64,000 nt of DNA from a bacterium (lineage in GTDB: Bacteria; Zhuqueibacterota; Zhuqueibacteria; Residuimicrobiales; Krinioviventaceae): positions 1,920,001-1,984,000 of the forward strand of contig CAXXMD010000003.1 of NCBI GenBank assembly GCA_963675755.2. The letters run 5' to 3'. Of the stretch, positions 37,728 through 47,503 are shown piece after piece. Both the position numbers and the translations under genes were made by a program. A model generated the notes under the pieces. The model saw nothing but the letters and a program-made list of their open reading frames with translations. It did not search any database and was not told the DNA's origin. Numbering within the stretch: position 1 is the first letter of the stretch; each line of letters opens with the position of its first letter.

Positions 37728-39173
37728 CTAACCTTTAATCACTCCCAAGGGTTTTAATCTTGCAACAATTGCAGACAAACCCGCCCCTTCAACTGCACCC
37801 ACTACATCAGATACATTTTTATATGCTTCGGGCATTTCTTCTGCAAGTGTACCTTTTGATGATGCCATTACCCAAATTCCCTTGTCCTCAAGCTCTCTGT
37901 GAATAGAACGCCCCTGTGCCTTTTGCATGGCTTTTTTACGACTCAACATTCTGCCCGCCCCATGACAGGTTGAACCAAAAGTCTCCTGCATGGCCTGTTC
38001 TGTACCCGCCAGAACATAAGAGTAACGCCCCATGTCTCCGGGAATCAGAACCGGTTGACCAATTTTACGATACGCTTCAGGAATGGAAGCCTGGTTTGGG
38101 CCGAAAGCCCGTGTTGCGCCCTTGCGATGTACACATACCGGTTTTTGTTTTCCAGCTACTGAATGGGTTTCTATTTTGGCAATATTGTGTGCAACTTCAT
38201 AGACGACCTGTAAATTGATGGATTTACTACTGCCGCGTAATCCTTTTTTTAATGCTTCACGGGTCCAGTGGGTGATCAATTGACGGTTGGCAAAACCAAA
38301 ATTTACACCGCAAGCCATGGCTGCAAGATATTGCTGCCCTTCTGCGGATTTTACCGGAGCACAGCATAACTGGCGGTCAGGGAGGTATATACCGTATTTT
38401 TCTGAAGCTTTGAGCATAACTTTGATAAAGTCATCACAAATCTGGTGACCCAGACCGCGTGATCCGGTATGGATGATTACGGTTATCTGGTCTTTGTGCA
38501 GTCCCATTACGGCAGCTTTTTGTTCGTCAAAAATTTGTTCCACATAACCCACTTCAACAAAGTGGTTGCCCGAACCCAAAGTCCCCAATTGCGCTTTACC
38601 GCGATTCAATGCGTGTTCGCTTACAAACTCTGGTTCAGCACCCGGCATTTTACCGTTTTCTTCAATCTTGTCCAGATCGGCTGTTTCGCCAAATCCATTT
38701 TCAACAGCCCAGTGTGCTCCCTGTTTCAGTACCCGCAATTCTTCTTTGCGGGCCAGATTGATCTGCCCTTTAGAGCCTACACCACTGGGAATACTGTGAA
38801 ACAGCGCGGTAACAATATCTCTTATGTTATCTCTTACATCATTTTTATCGAGATTGGATCTCAGCAATCTTACGCCGCAATTGATATCGTAACCCACTCC
38901 ACCGGGAGAAACAATTCCATTATCCATATCAAAGGCGGCGACTCCACCAATGGGAAAGCCATAGCCCCAGTGCATATCCGGCATGGCATAGGAATAGTTG
39001 ATAATACCGGGCAGGCAGGCAACATTGGCAGCCTGTTGCGGAGCATTATCATTAACCATATCCTTAAGCATGGATTCACTGGCGTAAATCCGTGCAGGAA
39101 CATTCATTTTTCCGGTTTTGGGGATTTCGTACAAGAAATTATGGATTTTTTGAAAATTTTCAGTCATGATCAA
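37728..39173 (-). CDS. rtcB: RtcB RNA ligase (archaeal/eukaryote-like length)
   Basis: MPDMHWGYGFPIGG, DINCG, LGSGNHF, HTGSRG, HRKGAT, HGAGR, EE.PEAYK. Confidence 0.97.
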   Translation of the reverse strand: MIMTENFQKIHNFLYEIPKTGKMNVPARIYASESMLKDMVNDNAPQQAANVACLPGIINYSYAMPDMHWGYGFPIGGVAAFDMDNGIVSPGGVGYDINCGVRLLRSNLDKNDVRDNIRDIVTALFHSIPSGVGSKGQINLARKEELRVLKQGAHWAVENGFGETADLDKIEENGKMPGAEPEFVSEHALNRGKAQLGTLGSGNHFVEVGYVEQIFDEQKAAVMGLHKDQITVIIHTGSRGLGHQICDDFIKVMLKASEKYGIYLPDRQLCCAPVKSAEGQQYLAAMACGVNFGFANRQLITHWTREALKKGLRGSSKSINLQVVYEVAHNIAKIETHSVAGKQKPVCVHRKGATRAFGPNQASIPEAYRKIGQPVLIPGDMGRYSYVLAGTEQAMQETFGSTCHGAGRMLSRKKAMQKAQGRSIHRELEDKGIWVMASSKGTLAEEMPEAYKNVSDVVGAVEGAGLSAIVARLKPLGVIKG

Positions 39174-39589
39174 ATATCAAAAATTATACGTGCCTGCCAT
39201 GAACCGTTTACCGGTTTGACATAGATATCGTGATACGTAACCGCTTTGATTTCCATATGAATTTCGTGACGAGAACAGTCGAGCGATTCTCCACTGACGT
39301 TTGCGGAAAGAACATTGTTGCTGAAATGAATATCAGCTATACTGCCCAGTAAAAAAGATTCGGTCTGAAATAAATAATTCAATTCAGATAACCAGTTGAC
39401 CATCATTTGCTCAAGATCGTCTGATTGAAAAGAAATGGTTTTGGTGATCTCGGGTTTTTCAACTTTTTGCGGACAAATCATGTGAAACATGGATTTTGCC
39501 GCTGTTATGAAAACCTGTTCAAGTGTGTCTGCTGTGACAACTATGCCGGTGTCACCTGTGTGGTCGATGTATTCTACTATTGATATCAT
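39170..39589 (-). CDS. Archease
   Basis: DHTGD N-terminal motif, WLSEL, IKAVTYH, IIFDI C-terminus; overlaps rtcB start. Confidence 0.93.
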   Translation of the reverse strand: MISIVEYIDHTGDTGIVVTADTLEQVFITAAKSMFHMICPQKVEKPEITKTISFQSDDLEQMMVNWLSELNYLFQTESFLLGSIADIHFSNNVLSANVSGESLDCSRHEIHMEIKAVTYHDIYVKPVNGSWQARIIFDI

Positions 39590-39656
39590 TTTTCATTAGT
39601 TAATATTGCCGGCCTTTACAGACCGGCAATAGACGGTATCAACTAAATCCATTAGT

Positions 39657-41285
39657 TTATTTGAATTCGATTAAAGATTCCTCATAATCCTCTACCTTTT
39701 CAAAACCCAAAAGATTGAGGAGTGTTGACGCTATATTCGCCAGTCCTGCGCCCTCTACATTGGCCATGCCATATTCATTATTATATGCATAATCACAAAT
39801 GATAAAGGGAACGGGATTCAATGTATGCGCGGTCTTGGGTGTACGTTTACCATTCTTTTCAGTAAACATTTCATCAGAATTGCCATGGTCGGCAGTGATG
39901 ATTGCAATGCCATTCAGTTCTTTAACTACTGCCAGCAGTTTGCCTACACATTCGTCAACGGTTTCCATTGCAATGATAGCAGCATCAATAATACCACTGT
40001 GACCTACCATATCTCCGTTTGCAAAGTTGATACGGCCAAACTGGTACTTGCCGGATTTTAACAATTCTATGGATTTCTCTGTAATCTCGATTGCTTTCAT
40101 CTTGGGTGCTTTGTCAAAAGCGATCTTGTCTGATGGAATTTCAACATAGGTTTCAAGATCTTTGTTAATATAACCAGAGCGGTTACCGTTCCAGAAATAG
40201 GTAACATGACCGAATTTTTGGGTTTCGGAAATGGCAAAGCTGGTTACTCCTGCATCACAAAGGTATTCAGAGACGGTCCTGTCGATCTGGGGTGGTGCTA
40301 CGATATAGTTTTTAGGAATGTGCAGATCACCATCGTATTCCATCATGCCCGCGTAATAGACATCCGGGATTGGGCCGCGATCAAAGGTGTCCAGATCGGG
40401 CTCATCAAACGCGCGTGATAATTCGATTGCACGGTCACCGCGGAAATTGAAATTCAGTACGCTGTCACCATCTTCAATCTTGCCAATGGGTTCATCATTA
40501 TCATCCACAACTACAAACTGACCCATATACTGATCTGTCATGCTTGGATCTTCATCATAAAATGCCTGAACCGCTTCTTCAGCAGATTTAAATTTACGGG
40601 CCTCACCCTTAACGTGGGCGTCCCAACCGCGTTTTACTACATCCCAGTCTGCATTGTAACGATCCATGGTGGTAACCATGCGGCCGCCGCCTGAGCCAAA
40701 GTTGTAATCAAACCCTTTTTCTTTTGAAATACTGTCCAGCAATTCCTGTGTAGGACGGATATAATCCAGTGCAGAGCGTTCACCTACATCGCGTCCGTCG
40801 AGTAATGCATGTACCCTGACTTTGTTCACATTGTTATCTGCCAGGTTTTTGATCAGCGCGAACATGTGATCAATATGCGAATGCACATTACCGTCTGAGA
40901 GCAGGCCAACAAAATGTACCGTGCCGCCTTCTTGTCCGCGTTTGACGATTGAAGTCCATGCATCGGATTTGAAAATATCACCGGTTTTGATTGAATTGTC
41001 TACCAGTTTAGCGCCTTGTGCAAAAACACGTCCTGCACCAATGGCATTGTGGCCTACTTCACTGTTGCCCATGTCGTCGTCTGAAGGAAGACCAACAGCG
41101 GGTCCGTGGGCTTTGAGCTGGGTCATTAAATCACTTTTCATCAGTTCATCAAGTATTGGTGTTTTAGCCATATAAACCGCGTTACCTTCATATTCTTTAC
41201 CAATACCAACGCCATCCAATATCATTAACAATACCGGACCTTTTCTTCCGGCAAAGTTTTCAAGTTTATTTAATTCTAGTGTCAT
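39657..41285 (-). CDS. gpmI: 2,3-BPG-independent phosphoglycerate mutase
   Basis: MGNSEVGH, SDGNVHSH, DGRD, NFRGDR, ANGDMVGH, TADHGN. Confidence 0.96.
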   Translation of the reverse strand: MTLELNKLENFAGRKGPVLLMILDGVGIGKEYEGNAVYMAKTPILDELMKSDLMTQLKAHGPAVGLPSDDDMGNSEVGHNAIGAGRVFAQGAKLVDNSIKTGDIFKSDAWTSIVKRGQEGGTVHFVGLLSDGNVHSHIDHMFALIKNLADNNVNKVRVHALLDGRDVGERSALDYIRPTQELLDSISKEKGFDYNFGSGGGRMVTTMDRYNADWDVVKRGWDAHVKGEARKFKSAEEAVQAFYDEDPSMTDQYMGQFVVVDDNDEPIGKIEDGDSVLNFNFRGDRAIELSRAFDEPDLDTFDRGPIPDVYYAGMMEYDGDLHIPKNYIVAPPQIDRTVSEYLCDAGVTSFAISETQKFGHVTYFWNGNRSGYINKDLETYVEIPSDKIAFDKAPKMKAIEITEKSIELLKSGKYQFGRINFANGDMVGHSGIIDAAIIAMETVDECVGKLLAVVKELNGIAIITADHGNSDEMFTEKNGKRTPKTAHTLNPVPFIICDYAYNNEYGMANVEGAGLANIASTLLNLLGFEKVEDYEESLIEFK

Positions 41286-41811
41286 AATATGAGCCTCGTA
41301 AAATATGGTCTAATGTATTAACGTCAAATTTATGAAAATTGAGGTACAAACCCAAGTAAAATATTAAATGGAATTGTCAATTTCAATATAAAGCACAAGT
41401 ATAATTTGAATCATGAATGATTTGGTGTAAATTGAAAAAGAGTAATGTCAAATATTCAAAAAATTATTTTGTTTGCACATTGTTGAAATTTTACGAAAAT
41501 AGATTAATTTTTAAAGAAATTGTTTGGTCTTTTTAAGTAAATTGCATATGTTTAATAGTATACGTTGCGTTAGTAATGCATCGACCGGGAGGGGTTTTAC
41601 ACTAGACTCTAGATAGTTTCAAGTGTGACAAGTTACTAATTCTGCAAAAAAGGGGTACATCTTATTCTCATGTGTTATAAATAAAATATAGTTTACATCG
41701 GCTTAAATCTGATTATATTTATATCTAATCAGTAGATGTTGACACCTGCTTGTACGAGCCAGGATTGTTGGTTCGTAATTTATACTCATTTATTACAGTT
41801 GAGGTGTTATA

Positions 41812-42582
41812 ATGACAATACATTTTATGAAAAAATCAGCAACATTTATGATCATTGTTCTGTTGATTTTTGCGTGCGATAAAAATCCGTTTGACAGTAA
41901 AGACAATAAAAATGTGGTTAAAATACCAGACCCTGTTGTGGAAAAAGCAATACGGGATGCGCTAAATAAACCTGGTGGAGATATCGAGATTTCGGACCTA
42001 AAGAAAATACAAAGCTTGTTCATTGAGGGACAAGCCAAAACATTGGACGGGATAGAGTATTGTACCGAAATGACGGATCTGGGTATTGGCTATTCTAAAA
42101 TCAAAGATCTGGAGCAGATAAAAAAATTAACAAACCTTCAAAATTTGTATTTGAATTATAATATGATCCTGGATATTTCAGCATTGAGAGATTTGCAAAG
42201 ATTGAAAATGTTATATTTATCACACAATATTATATCTGATATAACACCTATCGCAAATTTGGACTCGATTAAAATTTTAGTGTTATCATATAATAATATC
42301 AGCAGTATCCCAAATTTAAAAAATATGAAACAGCTGGAAATTGCAGCATTTAAGATGAATCATTTGACAACCATAGAACCGTTTCTCAACCTGCCTTGTT
42401 TAGTAAACCTTAACCTTCAAAATAACGATATACGTGATTTATCAATTATTTACAATGCAGTATGGTTGAACACAGGAAAAATGAACAGTATAAACTTGGA
42501 GTCTAATCCATTGGATGATAATTCAATCGAAAATATAATATCCGATTTAAGAGACAAATACTATATCAATATAGTTTACTAA
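41812..42582 (+). CDS. Leucine-rich-repeat (internalin-like) lipoprotein
   Basis: IFAC lipobox; IPDP..E.AIR cap; repeated L..L.L..N.I.DI units. Confidence 0.88.
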   Translation: MTIHFMKKSATFMIIVLLIFACDKNPFDSKDNKNVVKIPDPVVEKAIRDALNKPGGDIEISDLKKIQSLFIEGQAKTLDGIEYCTEMTDLGIGYSKIKDLEQIKKLTNLQNLYLNYNMILDISALRDLQRLKMLYLSHNIISDITPIANLDSIKILVLSYNNISSIPNLKNMKQLEIAAFKMNHLTTIEPFLNLPCLVNLNLQNNDIRDLSIIYNAVWLNTGKMNSINLESNPLDDNSIENIISDLRDKYYINIVY

Positions 42583-42707
42583 ATACATTAAGAATTTGAA
42601 ATGCAACAAGTAATCACAAGGGAACAGAAAACAAAAGTTGATAACATGATTGAATATTTATGATTATTATAATTACAAAAGAAATCGTTTTTTAATGAAA
42701 GGAGCAT

Positions 42708-43169
42708 GTGATGTTGAGCCGTTTAATTCGAGTTTACTTTTTGTTTTTTTCTTGTTTAGTTTTATTTATTGTATTGAATAGTAGCCTTCATGCGCAAAGC
42801 ATATCCGCGCAGATTAAACAAGCGGATTGTGATTTTGAGATTTACTATAAAGATCAAAAACTCGATATAATAAAGCAATTAATCACAAAACGTTGTGCAT
42901 TAATAAATCATTCTGAAGGGGATTATACCTATAATTCTTATTTTTTGGAATTTCAATATAATTCTGAAAGTAAAATTAAAGAAAGAGGGGCTGTTTTAGT
43001 AATACAGTTTTTTTCAAAATCTGGTGAACTATTAATAAAGACAGTATTAAGAGATGAGGAGTGGAAAGAAAATATCGGTAATGGATTGATTAAAAATTTT
43101 TCCCTTAGTCTAATAGATGTGCCTGTTTTTGTACTTGATGATACTTTCAAGATTGTAATTACTAAATAA
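42708..43169 (+). CDS. Hypothetical exported protein
   Basis: GGAG SD, signal peptide ending LHA-Q. Confidence 0.6.
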   Translation: MMLSRLIRVYFLFFSCLVLFIVLNSSLHAQSISAQIKQADCDFEIYYKDQKLDIIKQLITKRCALINHSEGDYTYNSYFLEFQYNSESKIKERGAVLVIQFFSKSGELLIKTVLRDEEWKENIGNGLIKNFSLSLIDVPVFVLDDTFKIVITK

Positions 43170-43214
43170 TGTTATTTATAAGAATGAAATTAATGGCATT
43201 TTGACCAGAGTTAG

Positions 43215-43340
43215 TTTGAAGCAAGTAATATACCCAGCGGTATTTATTTTGTTAGAGCAGCAATAACTGATATTGAAAATTCTAACACTGTGCAAACGCT
43301 AACACGGAAAATAACATTGATTAAGTCTTATCTCCTTTAA
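43215..43340 (+). pseudogene. Orphan T9SS-type (Por secretion tail-like) C-terminal sorting-domain remnant
   Basis: Frame reads FEASNIPSGIYFVRA...QTLTRKITLIK; directly preceded by in-frame TAG, no start codon. Confidence 0.65.
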
Positions 43341-43482
43341 AATTTACTGAAACGTTTTGCAATCAAACCACATTCAAGCATGTACAGCTCCCTTTTGTTT
43401 TACCTAAATTTATCTTTTAACTCTTTTTTATTTTTTTTATATTATAGATTGAATCGCTTATAATTAGATTTAATATAACGAA

Positions 43483-45513
43483 ATGAAAGAGGGTAAAATG
43501 AAAAATATTGAAGGCATGACTATAGAAGAGTTGTGTATAAATACGATTCGTACTTTATCTATGGATGGTGTACAGGCTGCAAATTCCGGGCACCCGGGCA
43601 CACCTATGGCGCTGGCCCCGGTTGTTTATACCTTGTTCAGCCGTTTCATGAGATATAATCCGAAAAATCCGGATTGGTTCAACCGCGACCGCTTTGTACT
43701 TTCTGCCGGTCACGCTTCTATGTTGATCTATTCTATTCTGCATATTGCCGGTTACGATCTGCCATTGGAAGAATTGACAAAATTCCGCAGATTGGGAAGT
43801 AAAACTCCGGGACACCCCGAATTTGGTATGACCCCGGGTGTTGAGACTACTACTGGTCCGTTGGGACAAGGCCTGTCAAACTCTGTAGGTTTTGCTATTG
43901 CTGAAGCACATTTGGCATCTGTTTATAATACTGCTGAACATAAAATTGTTGATCATAATACCTATGCAATCTGTGGCGATGGCGACATGATGGAAGGTAT
44001 TTCTCACGAAGCTGCTTCTCTTGCAGGGCATTTGGGTCTTGGAAAATTGACCTGGATTTATGATGACAACCATATTACCATTGAAGGTAAAACCGATCTT
44101 GCTTTTTCTGACAATACCGCAAAACGTTTTGAAGGATACAATTGGCATGTGATTAATGTTGGTGATAATGCCAATGATGTTGATACCCTTGAAAAAGCTG
44201 TCAAAGAAGCCCAGTCCGTAACTGACAAACCGTCATTGATCATTGTTCGTACCCATATCGGTTATGGTTCTCCCAACTTTGTTGACACTTCTACGGCACA
44301 CGGTGCACCACTTGGTGAAGAAGAAATTAAATTAACCAAAAAAGCATATGGCTGGCCTGAAGATGAACATTTTCTGGTACCTGATGATGTGTATTCACAT
44401 ATGGCACAATTTGCTGATAAAGGTAAAGAAACTGAAAACGGCTGGAACGAAATTTTTGCCGCTTATGAAAAAGCAAATCCTGAATTGGCTGCACAGTTTA
44501 AAGCTGCGCTCAAAGGCGAACTTGCTTCCGATTGGGATGCATTGATTCCCACATTTACTCCTGAAGATGGAGCTCCGGCAACCCGTTCAACTTCTGGTAA
44601 AGTATTAAATGCTATTGCAGACAAGGTTCCTTTTCTTGCTGGCGGAAGTGCAGACTTGAATCCGTCAACCAATACATTTTTAAAGAATTCCAGTTATACT
44701 GCCAAAGGCGCGTATGAAAACCGTAACGTGGCTTTTGGTGTACGTGAATTTGTTATGGCAGGTGCCGCAAATGGAATGGCGCTTCATGGCGGTTTACGTC
44801 CATTTATCAGTACATTCTTTGTTTTCTCTGACTATGCGCGTCCGGCCATTCGCCTGGCAGCAATTATGAAACAACCGGTAATCTGTGTATTCACTCACGA
44901 TTCCATTGGTGTTGGCGAAGACGGTCCTACCCATCAGCCGGTAGAACAAATGTCATCATTCCGTTGTATGCCCAATGTTCATGTGTATCGCCCTGGTGAT
45001 GCAAACGAAGTTGCCTGGGCATGGCGAGCCGCTATGCAGCGTACTGATGGTCCCACACTGTTGTTGATGACCCGTCAAGGCGTACCTGTAATTGATCAGA
45101 ACAAATATGCTTCTGCTGAAGGTGTGCTCAAAGGTGGTTATGTTGTATCAAAAGAAAAAGGTGCAAAACCGGACATCATTTTGATTGGTACCGGATCAGA
45201 ACTGTCGCTGGCAATGGGTGCTCAGGAAGAACTGGCCAAAGCCAATATCGATGCCCGCGTAGTGAGTATACCTTGTATGGAACAATTCCGCGCGCAATCA
45301 AAAGAATATCGTGATTCTGTATTGTTACCGGATGTAAAAACACGCCTTGCTGTTGAAGCTGGTGTTTCTTTTGGATGGCAGGAATGGATTGGCGATGAAG
45401 GCCAGGTCATTTCAATCGACCGTTTTGGCGATAGTGGTCCATACAAAGAAGTATTGCCGCATTTTGGTTTTTCTGTAGAAAATGTTGTAGAAACTGCTAA
45501 AAAAATGTGTTAA
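43483..45513 (+). CDS. tkt: Transketolase
   Basis: SGHPG, RDRFVLSAGH, TTGPLGQG, GDGDMMEG, THDSIGVGEDGPTHQP. Confidence 0.98.
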   Translation: MKEGKMKNIEGMTIEELCINTIRTLSMDGVQAANSGHPGTPMALAPVVYTLFSRFMRYNPKNPDWFNRDRFVLSAGHASMLIYSILHIAGYDLPLEELTKFRRLGSKTPGHPEFGMTPGVETTTGPLGQGLSNSVGFAIAEAHLASVYNTAEHKIVDHNTYAICGDGDMMEGISHEAASLAGHLGLGKLTWIYDDNHITIEGKTDLAFSDNTAKRFEGYNWHVINVGDNANDVDTLEKAVKEAQSVTDKPSLIIVRTHIGYGSPNFVDTSTAHGAPLGEEEIKLTKKAYGWPEDEHFLVPDDVYSHMAQFADKGKETENGWNEIFAAYEKANPELAAQFKAALKGELASDWDALIPTFTPEDGAPATRSTSGKVLNAIADKVPFLAGGSADLNPSTNTFLKNSSYTAKGAYENRNVAFGVREFVMAGAANGMALHGGLRPFISTFFVFSDYARPAIRLAAIMKQPVICVFTHDSIGVGEDGPTHQPVEQMSSFRCMPNVHVYRPGDANEVAWAWRAAMQRTDGPTLLLMTRQGVPVIDQNKYASAEGVLKGGYVVSKEKGAKPDIILIGTGSELSLAMGAQEELAKANIDARVVSIPCMEQFRAQSKEYRDSVLLPDVKTRLAVEAGVSFGWQEWIGDEGQVISIDRFGDSGPYKEVLPHFGFSVENVVETAKKMC

Positions 45514-45526
45514 TTATACAATACAA

Positions 45527-45561
45527 ACCGGTCTGGCAAATCATGCCGGACCGGTATTTTT
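45527..45561 (+). terminator. Intrinsic terminator
   Basis: ACCGGTCTGGCA-AATCA-TGCCGGACCGGT-ATTTTT. Confidence 0.7.
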
Positions 45562-45619
45562 CACCGGGTTACTTTTCTTAAAAATTTAATATAGATCATT
45601 CTTTAGCTGTTGAGGTCTG

Positions 45620-47503
45620 GTGGACCAAAATTTATTACATATTTTGCATGAATACCGGCAAGAGATCCTTTCGCAATGGGAAGAACGGGTATATATTATT
45701 CTGCCAAATTGGGAAAAAGATCGCGTTCACCGGCTAGTTGAATATTTAATGAATCTACTGGAATGCTATTTAAAAGACCCGGATGTTGAAATTGTATTGG
45801 AACATGTTGAAAAAATTATCAACGCTTTTTTCCTTTCCCTTTCTGAAGCTCCTAAACAAATTGTAGATCCACTGCTGGTTAGCCGATATGTGATGCTGTC
45901 TGTAATGGCACATACCAGTGGTAAAGAGATGAACAGTCTTGAGACCTTTGGTCAGATTAATGATATTTTTGATCCACTGATCCGGACGATTAGTGTGCAT
46001 TTTAAAGCCAAATCCAAAAGTAAAATTGAAAAATTGCCGCGTGATTATACAAGGGCGTCACAAATTGGGCTGTTGACACTGGATTTTGCCGGCATTGGAC
46101 TGTTTATGCTGGACAAACATCTCAATTTCATCCATTGGACGGATGGCCTGGAACGTATTTTTGGTATCAAAGCTGTTCAGGTTCTTGGTAAAAACATTGT
46201 ACAGTCTTTTCCTGATCTGCAAAAAGAACGCAAGCTGTTCAGCACCATAGAAAAAGCCATGAACGACAATCGCGAGTTTGCTTTGTTTGAGGTAAAACAC
46301 AAACACGTATCAGACAAAGAGCTGATTGTCAATTACAAGATTGCCCCCCTGCGGGATGAATACAGACATGTCATTGGCGTATCTGTATTGTGTCATGATA
46401 TTACCGAGCACCGCAAAGGCCAACTGGCATTAAAACGGTACGAACAATATTTTGAAAATATTCTCAATGATGCTGCCGATGCTTTGATTATTCTGAACGA
46501 GAATGACCGTATTGTGATGTGGAACCGCGCCGCGGAAAATATATATGGCTGGGAAGAAGAAGAGGTTATTGGTAAATCAATCAGCCTGATTGTTCCGGAT
46601 GATTTGAAATCTCAGCACGAGATTGAAAAAATCAATGCCATTGTCAGGAATAAAGGATTTTTAAAAAACTTTAGGACCCAGCGCCTGACCCGTGACGGAC
46701 GAAAGATTGTTATTGAAGTAACACGCACGGCCATTTTGAATGAGCGTAACGATTATATTGGCAGTAGTGTGATTGCCCGTGATATGACCCAGCAGGAACA
46801 ACTGCGGCAGCAACTTATTCAATCTGAAAAACTTTCTGCTGTGGGAACCCTTGCCGCCGGTATAGCTCATGAAGTGGGCTCTCCTCTGAATTCCATTTCC
46901 TCATTGACCCAGTTGCTGAGTTTTCAGATTGACAATCCTGAATTTAAGGAAAAGGTGTCACTGATTCAGCAGAATATTGACCGAATATCCCGAACTGTAA
47001 AAACACTGGTTGATTTCTCTCGTCCCATTCATCACAAAATTGAAGATATCTATATCAATCATGTCATAGAGCAGGTTATCCGCATAATCAAATATGACAA
47101 GCGTTTAAAACATCAGACCATTCAAACCGAGCTTGAGGCTAAAATTCCGCTGGTCACTGCCAGTTTTGATCAACTGTTGCAGGTTTTGATAAATATCTGT
47201 TTAAATGCCGCAGATGCAATGGAAAATCAAAAGGATGGCGCACTTTTAATAAAATCCTGGAATGATCAGTCAATGGTTTTTGTATCTGTTACTGATAATG
47301 GCAGTGGAATTGAAGAAAAAGACCAGGCCCATATTTTTGAGCCTTTTTATTCTACCAAAGACAAGGGTAAAGGAACTGGTTTAGGTTTGTGGGTGAGTTA
47401 TAATATCATGACGAGTTTTTTAGGCAATATTACAGTTGACAGCCGGGTTGGTGAATTTACCACGTTTACCATATCTTTGCCTATTGCTATCAGGGAGGAG
47501 TAG
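45620..47503 (+). CDS. Cytoplasmic PAS-PAS sensor histidine kinase (NtrB-like)
   Basis: SEKLSAVG.LAAGIAHE, NAADAM, DNGSG, FEPFYSTK, GTGLGL. Confidence 0.93.
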   Translation: MDQNLLHILHEYRQEILSQWEERVYIILPNWEKDRVHRLVEYLMNLLECYLKDPDVEIVLEHVEKIINAFFLSLSEAPKQIVDPLLVSRYVMLSVMAHTSGKEMNSLETFGQINDIFDPLIRTISVHFKAKSKSKIEKLPRDYTRASQIGLLTLDFAGIGLFMLDKHLNFIHWTDGLERIFGIKAVQVLGKNIVQSFPDLQKERKLFSTIEKAMNDNREFALFEVKHKHVSDKELIVNYKIAPLRDEYRHVIGVSVLCHDITEHRKGQLALKRYEQYFENILNDAADALIILNENDRIVMWNRAAENIYGWEEEEVIGKSISLIVPDDLKSQHEIEKINAIVRNKGFLKNFRTQRLTRDGRKIVIEVTRTAILNERNDYIGSSVIARDMTQQEQLRQQLIQSEKLSAVGTLAAGIAHEVGSPLNSISSLTQLLSFQIDNPEFKEKVSLIQQNIDRISRTVKTLVDFSRPIHHKIEDIYINHVIEQVIRIIKYDKRLKHQTIQTELEAKIPLVTASFDQLLQVLINICLNAADAMENQKDGALLIKSWNDQSMVFVSVTDNGSGIEEKDQAHIFEPFYSTKDKGKGTGLGLWVSYNIMTSFLGNITVDSRVGEFTTFTISLPIAIREE

